Shown here: in pieces, positions 1 to 10,017 of the stretch
How positions within the stretch are numbered: the stretch's first letter is position 1
How the letters are laid out: every line of letters begins with the position of its first letter
Source of the DNA: Candidatus Sigynarchaeum calidifontis
Lineage (GTDB): Archaea; Asgardarchaeota; Lokiarchaeia; Sigyniarchaeales; Sigyniarchaeaceae
NCBI GenBank assembly: GCA_030587475.2
Contig: JAUQYZ020000111.1
Coordinates: forward strand, 1-41,101
Length of the DNA: 41,101 bases
Direction of reading: 5' to 3'
Made by a program: the position numbers and the translations under genes
Notes under the pieces: model-generated
Databases searched by the model: none
The model's input: the letters and a program-made list of their open reading frames with translations, nothing else
Told to the model about the DNA's origin: nothing

Positions 1-57
1 TCTCGAGGATCTCGTCGTGATCGCTGATTTCTTTCACGGCATCGTGATCCACGCGGC

Positions 58-1149
58 ATGTTCTCTCTTTTCCTTCGCAAGTTCATGCTCGCAACGCGCC
101 TTTATCAAGCTCGGGCGGCACCCGCTTGGCCTTCCCTCGCAATAAGAGTCCGGTATTGCGATATCTCAGTACGGATCCTTGCTATCATTGATTTTTCTAA
201 ATTAGCGCTTAATCCTAGCGACTTGTGGGGTGCCGTTCATCTCGATGGTCCTAGCGGATGGCCTAGCGACGTGCCCTTTGGGCGTGAACAAATCGTGAAA
301 CTTCTTGACATCGTACGATCAGCAGCTCAATATCATGTTGGCTCGAAAGATAGTCAGAGAGTATCTCTCGGGTTATCCGCTATTTCATTCGATGGAACCC
401 GCGTGGTTGTTAAGTATAATATGGTGAAACTTCAAGTGGTGGCTACGACGTGCACACTTTCGTCGGATATCCGCTCAAACGCGCCTGCCTTGGGCGGTTG
501 GTTTACGGTCGACACATTTGGGAAAAGGGGCGGAAAATATGATCCTTATGTGGACGGGAAAGGTATTGCATTCCCCAGCATCGGCGCATGGATGCAGATG
601 GAATCTTTGTGGCAGAGTGGATATATCGACCTAGATTCGCCTAAATTTAAGATGACGCAGCAAGGATCAAACCAGTTGATCGATATACCCATTTGGGTGC
701 CGCAAGCGACGATCTTTGGTGGCGATCCCGTGTTCGCAACATTTACGTTCCACTACGACACCACGCCCGGTAGTGCTGGAGATGTTATCATTGACGGTCC
801 GCTTCCCACGACAGACATCAATAATCAACCATTGACCTTGCCAATGCCGATATGGTTGCATCCCGGTATGGATATCGGTTCATTGGCCGTACTTATTGAC
901 GGAATCACTCGAGATAGGAATGCTCAGCCATATACAAGGGAAAAAGGGCGTTCATGGACAATGATGTTCAATTCGATCAACTTTGGAACGGCAGTCGGCG
1001 ATTTCACCCCGCTCACGGTCGTGTGCTCAGACACCAACCGCCCTGTCACCGTGTATCTTGATCAGACGAGTCATTATTTCTACTTAAACGCAGCGAAGAG
1101 TGGGATGGATTGTTGGTCATTAGCAGACGCTGTGCGAAACAAACGATAA
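58..1149 (+). CDS. Hypothetical protein, beta-rich, no recognised family; true start uncertain
   Basis: 363-aa open frame with no long competing ORF and no recognisable motif. Confidence 0.5.
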   Translation: MFSLFLRKFMLATRLYQARAAPAWPSLAIRVRYCDISVRILAIIDFSKLALNPSDLWGAVHLDGPSGWPSDVPFGREQIVKLLDIVRSAAQYHVGSKDSQRVSLGLSAISFDGTRVVVKYNMVKLQVVATTCTLSSDIRSNAPALGGWFTVDTFGKRGGKYDPYVDGKGIAFPSIGAWMQMESLWQSGYIDLDSPKFKMTQQGSNQLIDIPIWVPQATIFGGDPVFATFTFHYDTTPGSAGDVIIDGPLPTTDINNQPLTLPMPIWLHPGMDIGSLAVLIDGITRDRNAQPYTREKGRSWTMMFNSINFGTAVGDFTPLTVVCSDTNRPVTVYLDQTSHYFYLNAAKSGMDCWSLADAVRNKR

Positions 1150-1321
1150 TCCGGTACTATTGGAGCCGGTCTTTGATCGGTTTTCGTCGTGGTTGAAACA
1201 AGAAACCTGGCCGGGAGCCTAGCTAATTACACGCCCTCGGACATTAAATAAATTATGCAAGGGCAGATCGAACCGGCTCGGTACCGCGACTTTTTTATGT
1301 CTCCACGAGAATGAGGCCAGG

Positions 1322-3454
1322 ATGATGCACGCGATGGACCGGTTCAAGGGCGGAATTTACAAGATCATCGTGAAAGCCGCTCGGCGCGTCGTTAATCGGA
1401 AGGCATGGGTAACAGCCGCGGTCGTGATATTTCTTTCCGGTCTCGCGTGCACGGTCGTCGGCCGGTTCCAACCCGACGAGTCCATTCCTGCCCGGTTCGA
1501 ATTTTTCACCAAGTCACGATACGCGAGCGAGATCAACGATTTTTTCAACCGTACTGTCGTGACGCAAGCAGAAGACGCGTGGAACAAGCTGGTGGAGAAT
1601 TACTGGGTGCGCGGGTACATCATCCTTCCCAAGCAACCTGCCCCGCCCACCGGTTTTCCCGTGGCTATCTGGATGCACGGCTTCGGGGTGAACGCGGAAA
1701 GCCAGCTGAACTACGCCCGCCAGCTCGCGAAAAATGGTTTTCTCGCCATGGCAATCAACCTCCCCGGCCACGGGGATTCCAGCGGGTTCTGGGACATGTG
1801 CATTCAAGAACTCGTGGGTATCTACTCTGCAATCGACTGGCTTCTCGATGAATCGGAATACAAGGCTATGGTCGATCCGAACAAGGTTGGGGTTTCGGGA
1901 CACAGCCTCGGTGGTATAAACACTGCCCGCGCGGGCATCTTCGACAACTGGACGAACCCGCGGACGGGCAACCCGGTCGGCACCGGCGGGCGAATCCGCG
2001 CCAGTTGTTCCATCTATTGCTGGGACAATCTCACCTCGATGGCCGAGATCCTCGTTCGAGAGCAGCTCAACGTGGATGACATCTGGAACCACCCCGTGGT
2101 CATCGACATGCTCGAGCAATGGCGATGGTTTTCCAACCACGATCCCTCCACGATGGCCGAGGAAACGCGGCTCCGTTCCGTGTCGAATTTCATCAACGCG
2201 ACCAACATCCGCAATTTCTGCTTGATCACCGGCTCAGACGACACGTTCACGAGCGTGGATGCCCAGTGCCACATCATGGCAAACGCGACGATCGACGCGA
2301 CGGGCATCCCGCAAGTGAACGCGAGCGCGGTACGAGCGGCGATCGACGCGTCCCCGTCGAGCACGTGGGAATTCGGGAACATAACCGCGGGGACGGGCCG
2401 GCGCTTGACAATCTTGCATGGCAAGGGTCACATTGCAGAGGCGTTTTCCGCAGACGCGGCGAACGGCCTGGTCACGTGGTTCCGGCAAGCCATGGACGTG
2501 AACTCGACCTTCGTCGCCGCCGAGTCAATCTCGTGGTGCGTCCCGCATTTCCTGGTCATGGGCGGAAGCTTCCTCATGCTTGCCGGGACGGCATGCGCGA
2601 CGATGGCGCTGTTCGCTTACCTCGCGCGCACGAAGTTAAACCCGCGGGTTCTCTCTCCCCCAGGAGAGAGCACGCTAGCCGAGCTGCCGGGCACCTGGAA
2701 GCAAAAGATGACGTGGCTACATGGTGCCATCGTGGCAGGAGTCATCGGCGCGAGCGGGCTCGTCTCGTTCAAGTCGATCACGCATTATTGGATATTCGAC
2801 CTGGTCATCCCGCGGTTCCTCGCCGCAGCCTTGTTCATCGCGGCCGCGACGATTGTCTTGATCGCGCTTGCCGCCCGGCGCGAGAAACATCGGCCGGCCC
2901 TCGAAGACCTGGGCCTGCATGCCACGTTGCGTGGCAGCATGGCGAGCCTGGTACTCCCGTGCATGGCCATCGGTGCCTGCGTCGCGGTGTTCGACGTGGT
3001 CTCGTGGCTGCTCCAGGTACCGATGCTCTTGCCGCGGCCACTGGACGCGTTGACGGCCATCGACTTCGCGACGCTCGTCGGCATTTTCTTCTTGTTCAAT
3101 GCCTTCATCGAAATATTTTTCCGTGGCATCTTGCTCCGTGATTACCTCGCGGGCGCGAGCCTCCGCGGGCGCCGGCGGAGGTGGAAGGCGACCGTCTCGT
3201 CGGGATCGTTCAGTGGCCTCTTTGTCGGTGCCGGCTTCGCCATCAACATCTTGATCGGGTTCGGCGGCGTGTTCACGCAAAGCGTGGTTTTCATTCCCTT
3301 GATATTCGCGGGATTGATGGGTTTATTCGTCGTGCTCGGTATCATCTCCACGTACATGTTCCAAACCACGCGCAATGTTTGTACGGCGGCCTTGTTCCTT
3401 GCAATAATCGTTTCATTGGCCATGGGCGGCAAGTTCTTCTGGCCATACGCGTGA
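1322..3454 (+). CDS. Membrane-anchored alpha/beta hydrolase with a multi-TM C-terminal domain
   Basis: N-terminal TM; HGFG oxyanion motif; PGHGDS; nucleophile elbow GHSLGG; candidate Asp (GSDD) and His (GHIAE); many hydrophobic helices in the C-terminal ~300 aa; T-rich TATA-like box at ~1290. Confidence 0.85.
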   Translation: MMHAMDRFKGGIYKIIVKAARRVVNRKAWVTAAVVIFLSGLACTVVGRFQPDESIPARFEFFTKSRYASEINDFFNRTVVTQAEDAWNKLVENYWVRGYIILPKQPAPPTGFPVAIWMHGFGVNAESQLNYARQLAKNGFLAMAINLPGHGDSSGFWDMCIQELVGIYSAIDWLLDESEYKAMVDPNKVGVSGHSLGGINTARAGIFDNWTNPRTGNPVGTGGRIRASCSIYCWDNLTSMAEILVREQLNVDDIWNHPVVIDMLEQWRWFSNHDPSTMAEETRLRSVSNFINATNIRNFCLITGSDDTFTSVDAQCHIMANATIDATGIPQVNASAVRAAIDASPSSTWEFGNITAGTGRRLTILHGKGHIAEAFSADAANGLVTWFRQAMDVNSTFVAAESISWCVPHFLVMGGSFLMLAGTACATMALFAYLARTKLNPRVLSPPGESTLAELPGTWKQKMTWLHGAIVAGVIGASGLVSFKSITHYWIFDLVIPRFLAAALFIAAATIVLIALAARREKHRPALEDLGLHATLRGSMASLVLPCMAIGACVAVFDVVSWLLQVPMLLPRPLDALTAIDFATLVGIFFLFNAFIEIFFRGILLRDYLAGASLRGRRRRWKATVSSGSFSGLFVGAGFAINILIGFGGVFTQSVVFIPLIFAGLMGLFVVLGIISTYMFQTTRNVCTAALFLAIIVSLAMGGKFFWPYA

Positions 3455-3527
3455 CTCGCATCCGGTGCCATGTATTTTTATGTACCCGGACGGACAAGAT
3501 GACCATGAGAAAGCCATTAGCGCGGAG

Positions 3528-4694
3528 ATGAAGCAAACCATGCCACTCTCAGCGAAAACACGGTACGCGATCCTGGGGCTGGTCTTGTGCATCGGTCTGG
3601 GCGGGTTCATCATCAACCAGATAGCCATCGAGGTGGAGATCCCCGGGATCGACCTGAACGTGAAGGATGCCCGCTTGTTCGCGGCCGATTACACGTCACG
3701 CTTCAAGCTCGAGAACGGCACGAGGGGCGCGAGCACGCAGTTAACGTTATCGACAAGGGTACTCAACCAGACTCACACGAACGTTTCGATCAACATTGAC
3801 GGGGTCACGAGCTGGTTCCTCGTCCATCCGAACGGGACGGTCTACCAGTACGGGGGCCAACTTCGTGGCAATTATAGCATCTGGTGGATCTACATTCCCA
3901 ACGTGTTAATGGGCTTCGGGGTGAAGGGCGGGGAAGAATACAACGTCGTGGATCCGACGGGCTTCCTCGGCATCACGGGCCACGCCTACTTGCTGGTCGT
4001 CGACCGGAAGCTGACCTACTGGCCATCCGACCCGGAGTTGATCGCCCTTTCCGGGGCGCAAGCAAGCATCGCGTGCAGCGTGTGGGACAAGGCGACCGGC
4101 CAGCTCGTGTCCCGGGCGACCATCGACATCACGTGCGGGATGATCGAGACGTGGGAGGGCGCGCAATCGTCGTACATCCGCATGACGCTGGTAACCACGG
4201 ATTTCCCCATCTCGCGCAACCGCCAGGTCGTGCTCGCGAGCGCGGTCATCTTGAGTTTTGTCGTGTTCATCATCGCGTTGTACCTGGTGCGAGTCCCGAA
4301 GAAAGCCAAGTCCATGGACCCGAAACAACGAGAACAGATCCTCGTGCTGGTGGGCTCCGGGGCTGGCGCCATCTTGATCGAGATCATCGACATCTGGTTT
4401 TACTTGTACCCGGGGAAACTCGGCATGTACCTCATCCACATCGCCTACACGGCCGTGGCCGGCCTTGCATGTGCACGGTACAAGATGGGATACAGGTGGC
4501 TCATCCCCTCGATTCTCGAAATCGCCTTTGTTTTCTCGCTGAGTACATTCACCGGGGACGCGATCGTCCCGTCGCTGACAGCCTTTATGGGGTCGACGAT
4601 CACCTGGCTCGGCATGATCTGGGCAATCGGCATCGTGAAGCACGTCAACGATGAAAGCCGTGGCATCAGGAAGATCTTGGCAGGTCTCGCATGA
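3528..4694 (+). CDS. Hypothetical membrane protein (N-terminal TM, extracellular beta domain, about 5 C-terminal TMs)
   Basis: ORF 3465-4694; ATG 3528 preferred because it lies downstream of TTTTTATG at ~3475; hydrophobicity pattern. Confidence 0.7.
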   Translation: MKQTMPLSAKTRYAILGLVLCIGLGGFIINQIAIEVEIPGIDLNVKDARLFAADYTSRFKLENGTRGASTQLTLSTRVLNQTHTNVSINIDGVTSWFLVHPNGTVYQYGGQLRGNYSIWWIYIPNVLMGFGVKGGEEYNVVDPTGFLGITGHAYLLVVDRKLTYWPSDPELIALSGAQASIACSVWDKATGQLVSRATIDITCGMIETWEGAQSSYIRMTLVTTDFPISRNRQVVLASAVILSFVVFIIALYLVRVPKKAKSMDPKQREQILVLVGSGAGAILIEIIDIWFYLYPGKLGMYLIHIAYTAVAGLACARYKMGYRWLIPSILEIAFVFSLSTFTGDAIVPSLTAFMGSTITWLGMIWAIGIVKHVNDESRGIRKILAGLA

Positions 4695-4886
4695 ACTTTC
4701 TTTCAACCTTTCGTGGATCATTTTTAAAAGGATATATGAAAAGTCAGGTCGAACGATTGTAATTTCGCGACCCGTACATGCCGGTATATGGGCACGTGCT
4801 GGTATCGTGCCGCCGCTTCCCGTGCGCGTGTTCAGAAATTCCGTGGTGCGTCACGGTTCAAGAAGCATGAACACGACACGAGATGC

Positions 4887-6449
4887 ATGGTCGAGCAAGC
4901 CAGCTTCACGGCGAACGGGCACCAGCTCAAGGACATCGATCGCTCCATCGGAACCGTGATCTCGTACGGAAGCACCCCTGACATCTACAATTTCTACTTC
5001 GTCATCTCTAACTCGCTTGAAACCAGCAAGCATGCCAAGGTCGGGAAATACGTTTGTACGCTAGAAAATGGTGGCTTGGTTGTTGGTCAAATCGTCAATC
5101 TCATCAAGATCAACGAATATTTTCTCAATGCAAGCACCTTCAAGGAAGCACGCCCACAAGTGAGCTTCACCTCGATATTCCCGACCGACCAGTGGGAATA
5201 CGTGCTCGCCGAAGTCAATGTAATGGGCTATTATCCCAAGGCCACCGATTTTCAAGGTTTTAATGGCACGGTCGAAAAATCCATCACTCCTGTCAGTCCT
5301 GGCAGTACCGTGCAGGCCATGGATCATTCCTTGCTCGGCAAGTTTCTCGGCTTCAACCTGTCAGCTGGCCTGCACCTCGGCATTATGGACGTGGATGGCC
5401 TCCCCGTCAAGATCGATCTGGCCAAGCTGTTCCAGAAACACCTCGCCATTCTGGCCATGTCCGGCGCGGGCAAGTCTTACCTCGTTAGCGTGCTCTTGGA
5501 GGAAATGATCAAGTCCCGGGGGCCGATGCCCCCGGTCATCATCGTCGACACGCACGGGGAATACACGGCAATGTTCAACGCATCGAACGTGAATGCCAAG
5601 TTTCCTCGTGCACGGATCGAAATCGTTGGCGGCTCGTTCATACAGGTGGGCACGTCGTTCCTGAGCGGCAGTTCTTTCTTCAATTACATGCCGAGCATGA
5701 GCCCAGTTCAAGGCCGGGATCTCCTGCGCGTCTTCAACGAGCTCAAGCAGGCCAAGAAACGGTTCGACTTGCGAGATCTCATCTCGGCATTGCAAGCAGA
5801 TGGCAAGCTCGGGAAAAAGACCAAGGACGCGCTGGAGGGCTGGCTCTACCAGCTGGACCAGTACGGAATGTTCTCCACGACCGAACATCCCCGCGTCGAC
5901 GAGATCTTGAAGCCTGGGACCATTGTCGTGTTGGACCTCAGCGGCCTCACGAGTGCCAAGCAAAAGCAAATCATCGTGGATTACATTGCCTCCAGGGCAT
6001 TTTACTTGCGAAAGAACCGGGTCATCCCGCCGTTCGTCTTGGTCATCGAGGAAGCTCACCAGTTCGTACCACAAGCCGCTGCTGAACACGCGGTCGCGCG
6101 TCACACGATCGAGACCATCGCTCGCGAGGGCCGTAAGTTCTTTGCTTCCTTGTGCTTGATCTCCCAGCGTCCGGTCAACTTGAACACGACTGTCTTGTCT
6201 CAATGCAACACGCAGATCATTCTCCGCGTTTCAAACCCGTATGATCTCGATCACATACGGTCTTCCTCGGAAAAAATCACGCCGGAAGCCCTCAAGATGA
6301 TTTCCTCTCTGCCCGTTGGCAGCGCCATCATCGTCGGTAGTGCCGTGAACACGCCCGTGTTTTTCAAGGTACGGCCCCGTGAGTTCCTTGTTGACGGGAA
6401 GCAAGGTGGCCTCATTGACGAGCTCGCTGCCTTCATCCCGCAGAAATGA
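4887..6449 (+). CDS. herA: HerA-family DNA helicase/translocase ATPase (HAS-barrel plus FtsK/HerA ATPase)
   Basis: HLAILAMSGAGKS (Walker A), IIVDTHGEY, VIEEAHQF (Walker B), AREGRKF, ISQRP, LSQCNT: canonical archaeal HerA motifs. Start at 4887 is inferred (ORF opens at 4788). Confidence 0.9.
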   Translation: MVEQASFTANGHQLKDIDRSIGTVISYGSTPDIYNFYFVISNSLETSKHAKVGKYVCTLENGGLVVGQIVNLIKINEYFLNASTFKEARPQVSFTSIFPTDQWEYVLAEVNVMGYYPKATDFQGFNGTVEKSITPVSPGSTVQAMDHSLLGKFLGFNLSAGLHLGIMDVDGLPVKIDLAKLFQKHLAILAMSGAGKSYLVSVLLEEMIKSRGPMPPVIIVDTHGEYTAMFNASNVNAKFPRARIEIVGGSFIQVGTSFLSGSSFFNYMPSMSPVQGRDLLRVFNELKQAKKRFDLRDLISALQADGKLGKKTKDALEGWLYQLDQYGMFSTTEHPRVDEILKPGTIVVLDLSGLTSAKQKQIIVDYIASRAFYLRKNRVIPPFVLVIEEAHQFVPQAAAEHAVARHTIETIAREGRKFFASLCLISQRPVNLNTTVLSQCNTQIILRVSNPYDLDHIRSSSEKITPEALKMISSLPVGSAIIVGSAVNTPVFFKVRPREFLVDGKQGGLIDELAAFIPQK

Positions 6450-6532
6450 GGTCATGAGCTAAACACCAACGAAGATTTTATATCGCATTATTTGCACCAG
6501 GTTCTCTGTCGCAATGCCGCGGGTTCTTGGCG

Positions 6533-9436
6533 ATGAAAACCTCATCCTACACTCTCAAGGAGAAGCTGAACAAGTTCTATGAAGAAGGCAAGTTCGGAGA
6601 GGTGATGGGGGAATTACGCCATTACTTGGGCACCCTCGCGAAGCACACGCGATCGCCACTTGTCATTGAATTACTTGACATGTTCAAGATGACCGTCGAC
6701 AAGGACATCGAGAACATTGACAAGAACCTTGAAGTCCTCGAAACATTGTTCAACACGCCTGGATTGGACGTGCAAGTCGAAATCCTCGCTATATTCTCGC
6801 GCCTGGCCACCATCCCTTCCATAAAGCAAGGCCTTTTCGACAGGTACTTCAACGAGGTCCAGACGCGCTTCGGGGCGATGTCCACCAGCGCGCGATCGCT
6901 CATCATCGAGATCCTCGAAAACATGTCGAGGGGCATGCCGGCGCTCCAGAGCTCCACCATCAAGTTCCTGCTCGCGCATCTCGATAGCGTCGAACCCGAG
7001 GTGTTGTTGGACATTCTCGCGGTTTTTTCGAGGATCCTCGCGGATGCACCGGAGAACGAGACTATTTTCGAGGTACACGGCCAATTGTTACTCGACAGGT
7101 TCGCGTTCGAGTCTGATAGTGGAATCGAAACAGCGTTCGTTGAATTGTTCATGCATCTGCCTCGTTGCAAGGACACGATCTTGGACACGAGCTTGCACTG
7201 GTTGCAATCCAAGGATTATCACTTGAAACAAAAAGCCCTCAAGATCATCCCCGCGATCATGGAAAGCCGCGTGGAAATGCTTTGCATCTCGACGCTCCTC
7301 GAAAACTTGAAGGACAAGAATATTGAGTTTCAATCGAGCGTGGTCGACACCCTGGCCGCGATAATGGCACGAAACACATCGTATTACACCACGCGTGCGA
7401 TCAGGTACTTCCTCAAGCGTGACATGGTAGAAAGCGAGATGCTTGGCTTCGTGGAACTGATGACCGCGCTCGCAGGCAAGGATTTCGAACCCGTGTTTTC
7501 CAAAGTGTTCGATTGCATGACTGTTACTGGATATGTCGCCGATCCTGTCACGATCGCCATTATTAAAAGTCTTAATGAGGAATATCCTCGCCAGCTCGAC
7601 GCTGCCATCTTCAAGACAATCGAATCGTTCGGCTCGATGCGCACGGGGGTGAAACTTGCCATCCTCGATAAGGTCGCGGCGATAACGAGCGGCTTGAAAA
7701 GCGAGATCATCACCGTCTGGTTCGCAAAATACTTGATCAAACTCGCCAATGAAAACGAAGGCAACGAGATTTCCCGCAAAGCAATGACTATAATCGAGCA
7801 TATCCGGCAGTATGAAAAAGAACTCGACCAAAAAATAAACAAGATCAACGAACACATCAAGAATGTCGAACTTAATATCTCGACAATGAAGAACTATCCA
7901 CGATTGCTGCGCGAGCGAGCGCCTATCTTCACGGAAACCGGGGATCCTTCCAGCGCAGCGCGGATGCTCGATGCCGAGTACCACTCGATGCTCCAGCGGA
8001 TCATCGATTTTGATAATTTCATCAATTCCCTGGAATTTAAACACCTGATCATGGATCTGGTCGACGAATGGTGCCAGGCAAAGGATTACATTCTCGATGA
8101 CTTGAATACCGTGAAAGAATACATATCGAGCCAGATCGACTCGTTTTTCAAAGAAAAACAAGCCGATGCAGCGGCCATCATACGCAACTTGACCAACAAA
8201 AAAGAGGTTGTCCTCGCCGAGTTCGATGACTTGCGGTCACAAATATCACGCATCGATACCCTAGATCATGATCAAGTAGGCGCGATCACCGGCAAAATCA
8301 CGCAATTCACGACGAACTTGCTACTCTTCGACCTGGAGGCTAGCAAGATGCTAATCGAGCAGCCCGTGTCCATGGAGGGCTATCAAACCTTCATCGATTC
8401 GTGGGCGAAGGCAAAGGAGTGCATAGAACGGGAACTCGACGGCGGAATCGCAGCCATCGATCGCTGGATCGAGAAGAGCCTGCACGGCAACGTACAAGAT
8501 CCTGGAAGCGCGGAACGCACCATGGCGATGCACAAGTTCTTTTCTAGTTTCATCCGTTCTTCAATACAAGACTTCCGTGCCATCTTGGACGAGCTTCAAT
8601 CGAAGAACGAGCAAATAACAAGCGATCTATCCTCTAAAAAGTTCGAGGACATCGAGAAAGCCATCAACTTCAAGAAAAGCAAGTTGCTCGATCTCATCGA
8701 GAACAAGGCATTCCTCATCGAGAAGTACTGGCGTGCGCTCAACCAGGCATCGCACGACATCGAGTTTCTCGTGGGCATAAACCGGCTGAAGGAGGAATGG
8801 TCGACCACGAAGGAAAACATCGTGGAAAAGATCCAACGCCATTATCATGCCCAGCTGGAACGCATCGATGCGGAGAAAATAAAACAAATGCTCTACATCG
8901 TGCATCCTATCCCTATCGGTTCGCTGAAAGGCAAACTCAGGTCAATTCCACACGAAGACGATGTCAAGTTCATCGCTGGGGTCATTGACATCGTGCAAAA
9001 GCATCAGATCAACGCGCTCGTCCAGAACAACATGCTTGTTAACATGCATGACTTTATCGACCCCGACGTGTCCGGCGTACCCGTGAGAATCAAGTCGAGT
9101 TTCTTTCCTCGCGATGCGGTGATGACGTTGAAAGTCACGGTGGAAAACAAATCGATCCACGAGATCTACGACGTCGTCGCGTCGCTCCATTTGCCACCGT
9201 TCCTCGTCTTGAGTGGAAAAAGCGGCTCGGATCACCGGAAAAAGATTCCTGCAATAGAATGCGGGAAAAATGCCGTCTTTACCTGGGATCTTGAAGATAA
9301 CAAGGTCAAGGATCCTGATGCAGCCGATGTTTCAGTTCAATTATCGAAGATCAGTATCATCATTGGCGGGAAATTGCCTGGGGAGAGATTCTTCAGCAAA
9401 AAGGAAGACGTGAGCATCATCTTCAAGCGTACATGA
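6533..9436 (+). CDS. Large alpha-solenoid (HEAT-like)/coiled-coil protein with a winged-helix-like segment and a C-terminal beta-sandwich
   Basis: ~970-aa ORF. Amphipathic helical repeats at about aa 1-430 (e.g. LQSKDYHLKQKALKII, LKDKNIEFQSSVVDTL), heptad-rich middle, beta-strand pattern at the C-terminus (TLKVTVENKS...IPAIECGKNAVFTWDL). TTTTATAT box at ~6476. Confidence 0.75.
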   Translation: MKTSSYTLKEKLNKFYEEGKFGEVMGELRHYLGTLAKHTRSPLVIELLDMFKMTVDKDIENIDKNLEVLETLFNTPGLDVQVEILAIFSRLATIPSIKQGLFDRYFNEVQTRFGAMSTSARSLIIEILENMSRGMPALQSSTIKFLLAHLDSVEPEVLLDILAVFSRILADAPENETIFEVHGQLLLDRFAFESDSGIETAFVELFMHLPRCKDTILDTSLHWLQSKDYHLKQKALKIIPAIMESRVEMLCISTLLENLKDKNIEFQSSVVDTLAAIMARNTSYYTTRAIRYFLKRDMVESEMLGFVELMTALAGKDFEPVFSKVFDCMTVTGYVADPVTIAIIKSLNEEYPRQLDAAIFKTIESFGSMRTGVKLAILDKVAAITSGLKSEIITVWFAKYLIKLANENEGNEISRKAMTIIEHIRQYEKELDQKINKINEHIKNVELNISTMKNYPRLLRERAPIFTETGDPSSAARMLDAEYHSMLQRIIDFDNFINSLEFKHLIMDLVDEWCQAKDYILDDLNTVKEYISSQIDSFFKEKQADAAAIIRNLTNKKEVVLAEFDDLRSQISRIDTLDHDQVGAITGKITQFTTNLLLFDLEASKMLIEQPVSMEGYQTFIDSWAKAKECIERELDGGIAAIDRWIEKSLHGNVQDPGSAERTMAMHKFFSSFIRSSIQDFRAILDELQSKNEQITSDLSSKKFEDIEKAINFKKSKLLDLIENKAFLIEKYWRALNQASHDIEFLVGINRLKEEWSTTKENIVEKIQRHYHAQLERIDAEKIKQMLYIVHPIPIGSLKGKLRSIPHEDDVKFIAGVIDIVQKHQINALVQNNMLVNMHDFIDPDVSGVPVRIKSSFFPRDAVMTLKVTVENKSIHEIYDVVASLHLPPFLVLSGKSGSDHRKKIPAIECGKNAVFTWDLEDNKVKDPDAADVSVQLSKISIIIGGKLPGERFFSKKEDVSIIFKRT

Positions 9437-9474
9437 AAAGATATTAACGCGCGGGGCATTGACGGGATCGAGCC

Positions 9475-9777
9475 ATGATCACCATCACGGTAAAGAAGCT
9501 CGAGGAATTCACGAATTTCTTCAAGAATCACAGGGCGACGAATTATTTGTTCTATGAAGTTCGCCAGTGCGAGAATGATACAAGCGGATTACGCGTTGTC
9601 AATTTACATTTCCTTGGCGTTCTCGGGTCATTGAATATCTTGTTCCAGCACGTGGAAGAGTTTTCATCCAAGGTTGATATCGACGCAATTTTAACCAGTA
9701 TCAAATCTACAATTGCTGTCGACGGGATCAGCGTGGTGGAAGGTGCGATAAAGGAAATATTCCTGTCGCTATCATGA
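9475..9777 (+). CDS. Hypothetical protein (100 aa)
   Basis: Compact ORF tightly packed in a co-oriented gene run. Confidence 0.6.
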   Translation: MITITVKKLEEFTNFFKNHRATNYLFYEVRQCENDTSGLRVVNLHFLGVLGSLNILFQHVEEFSSKVDIDAILTSIKSTIAVDGISVVEGAIKEIFLSLS

Positions 9778-9780
9778 GCG

Positions 9781-10017
9781 ATGAAAATGCCGAAGAAAAA
9801 GAGAGAAATCCAGCTGTGCCCGAAGTGCAAGCAACCGACCTTGCGACATGCAATGAACGTGTCCGGTTGGCTGGACTCGCCCTCATACACGTGCACCGAT
9901 CCGAAGTGCGGTTATATAGGCCGTTTCTTCATCATGGTAAATCCAGACGAGTTGGTGGAGCCAGACGCGGGCAACCGGGAAGGAGATAGTCCCAAGGATG
10001 GTGCAAGAAATGGGTGA
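9781..10017 (+). CDS. Small zinc-ribbon protein
   Basis: CPKC...CTDPKCGY motif typical of small archaeal Zn-ribbon proteins; overlaps the next gene. Confidence 0.7.
   Translation: MKMPKKKREIQLCPKCKQPTLRHAMNVSGWLDSPSYTCTDPKCGYIGRFFIMVNPDELVEPDAGNREGDSPKDGARNG

Noticed and set aside
1-120. Possible minus-strand gene starts or ends at the left edge (e.g. VDHDAVKEISDHDEILE)
   Set aside because: Too short and truncated by the window edge to support a call.
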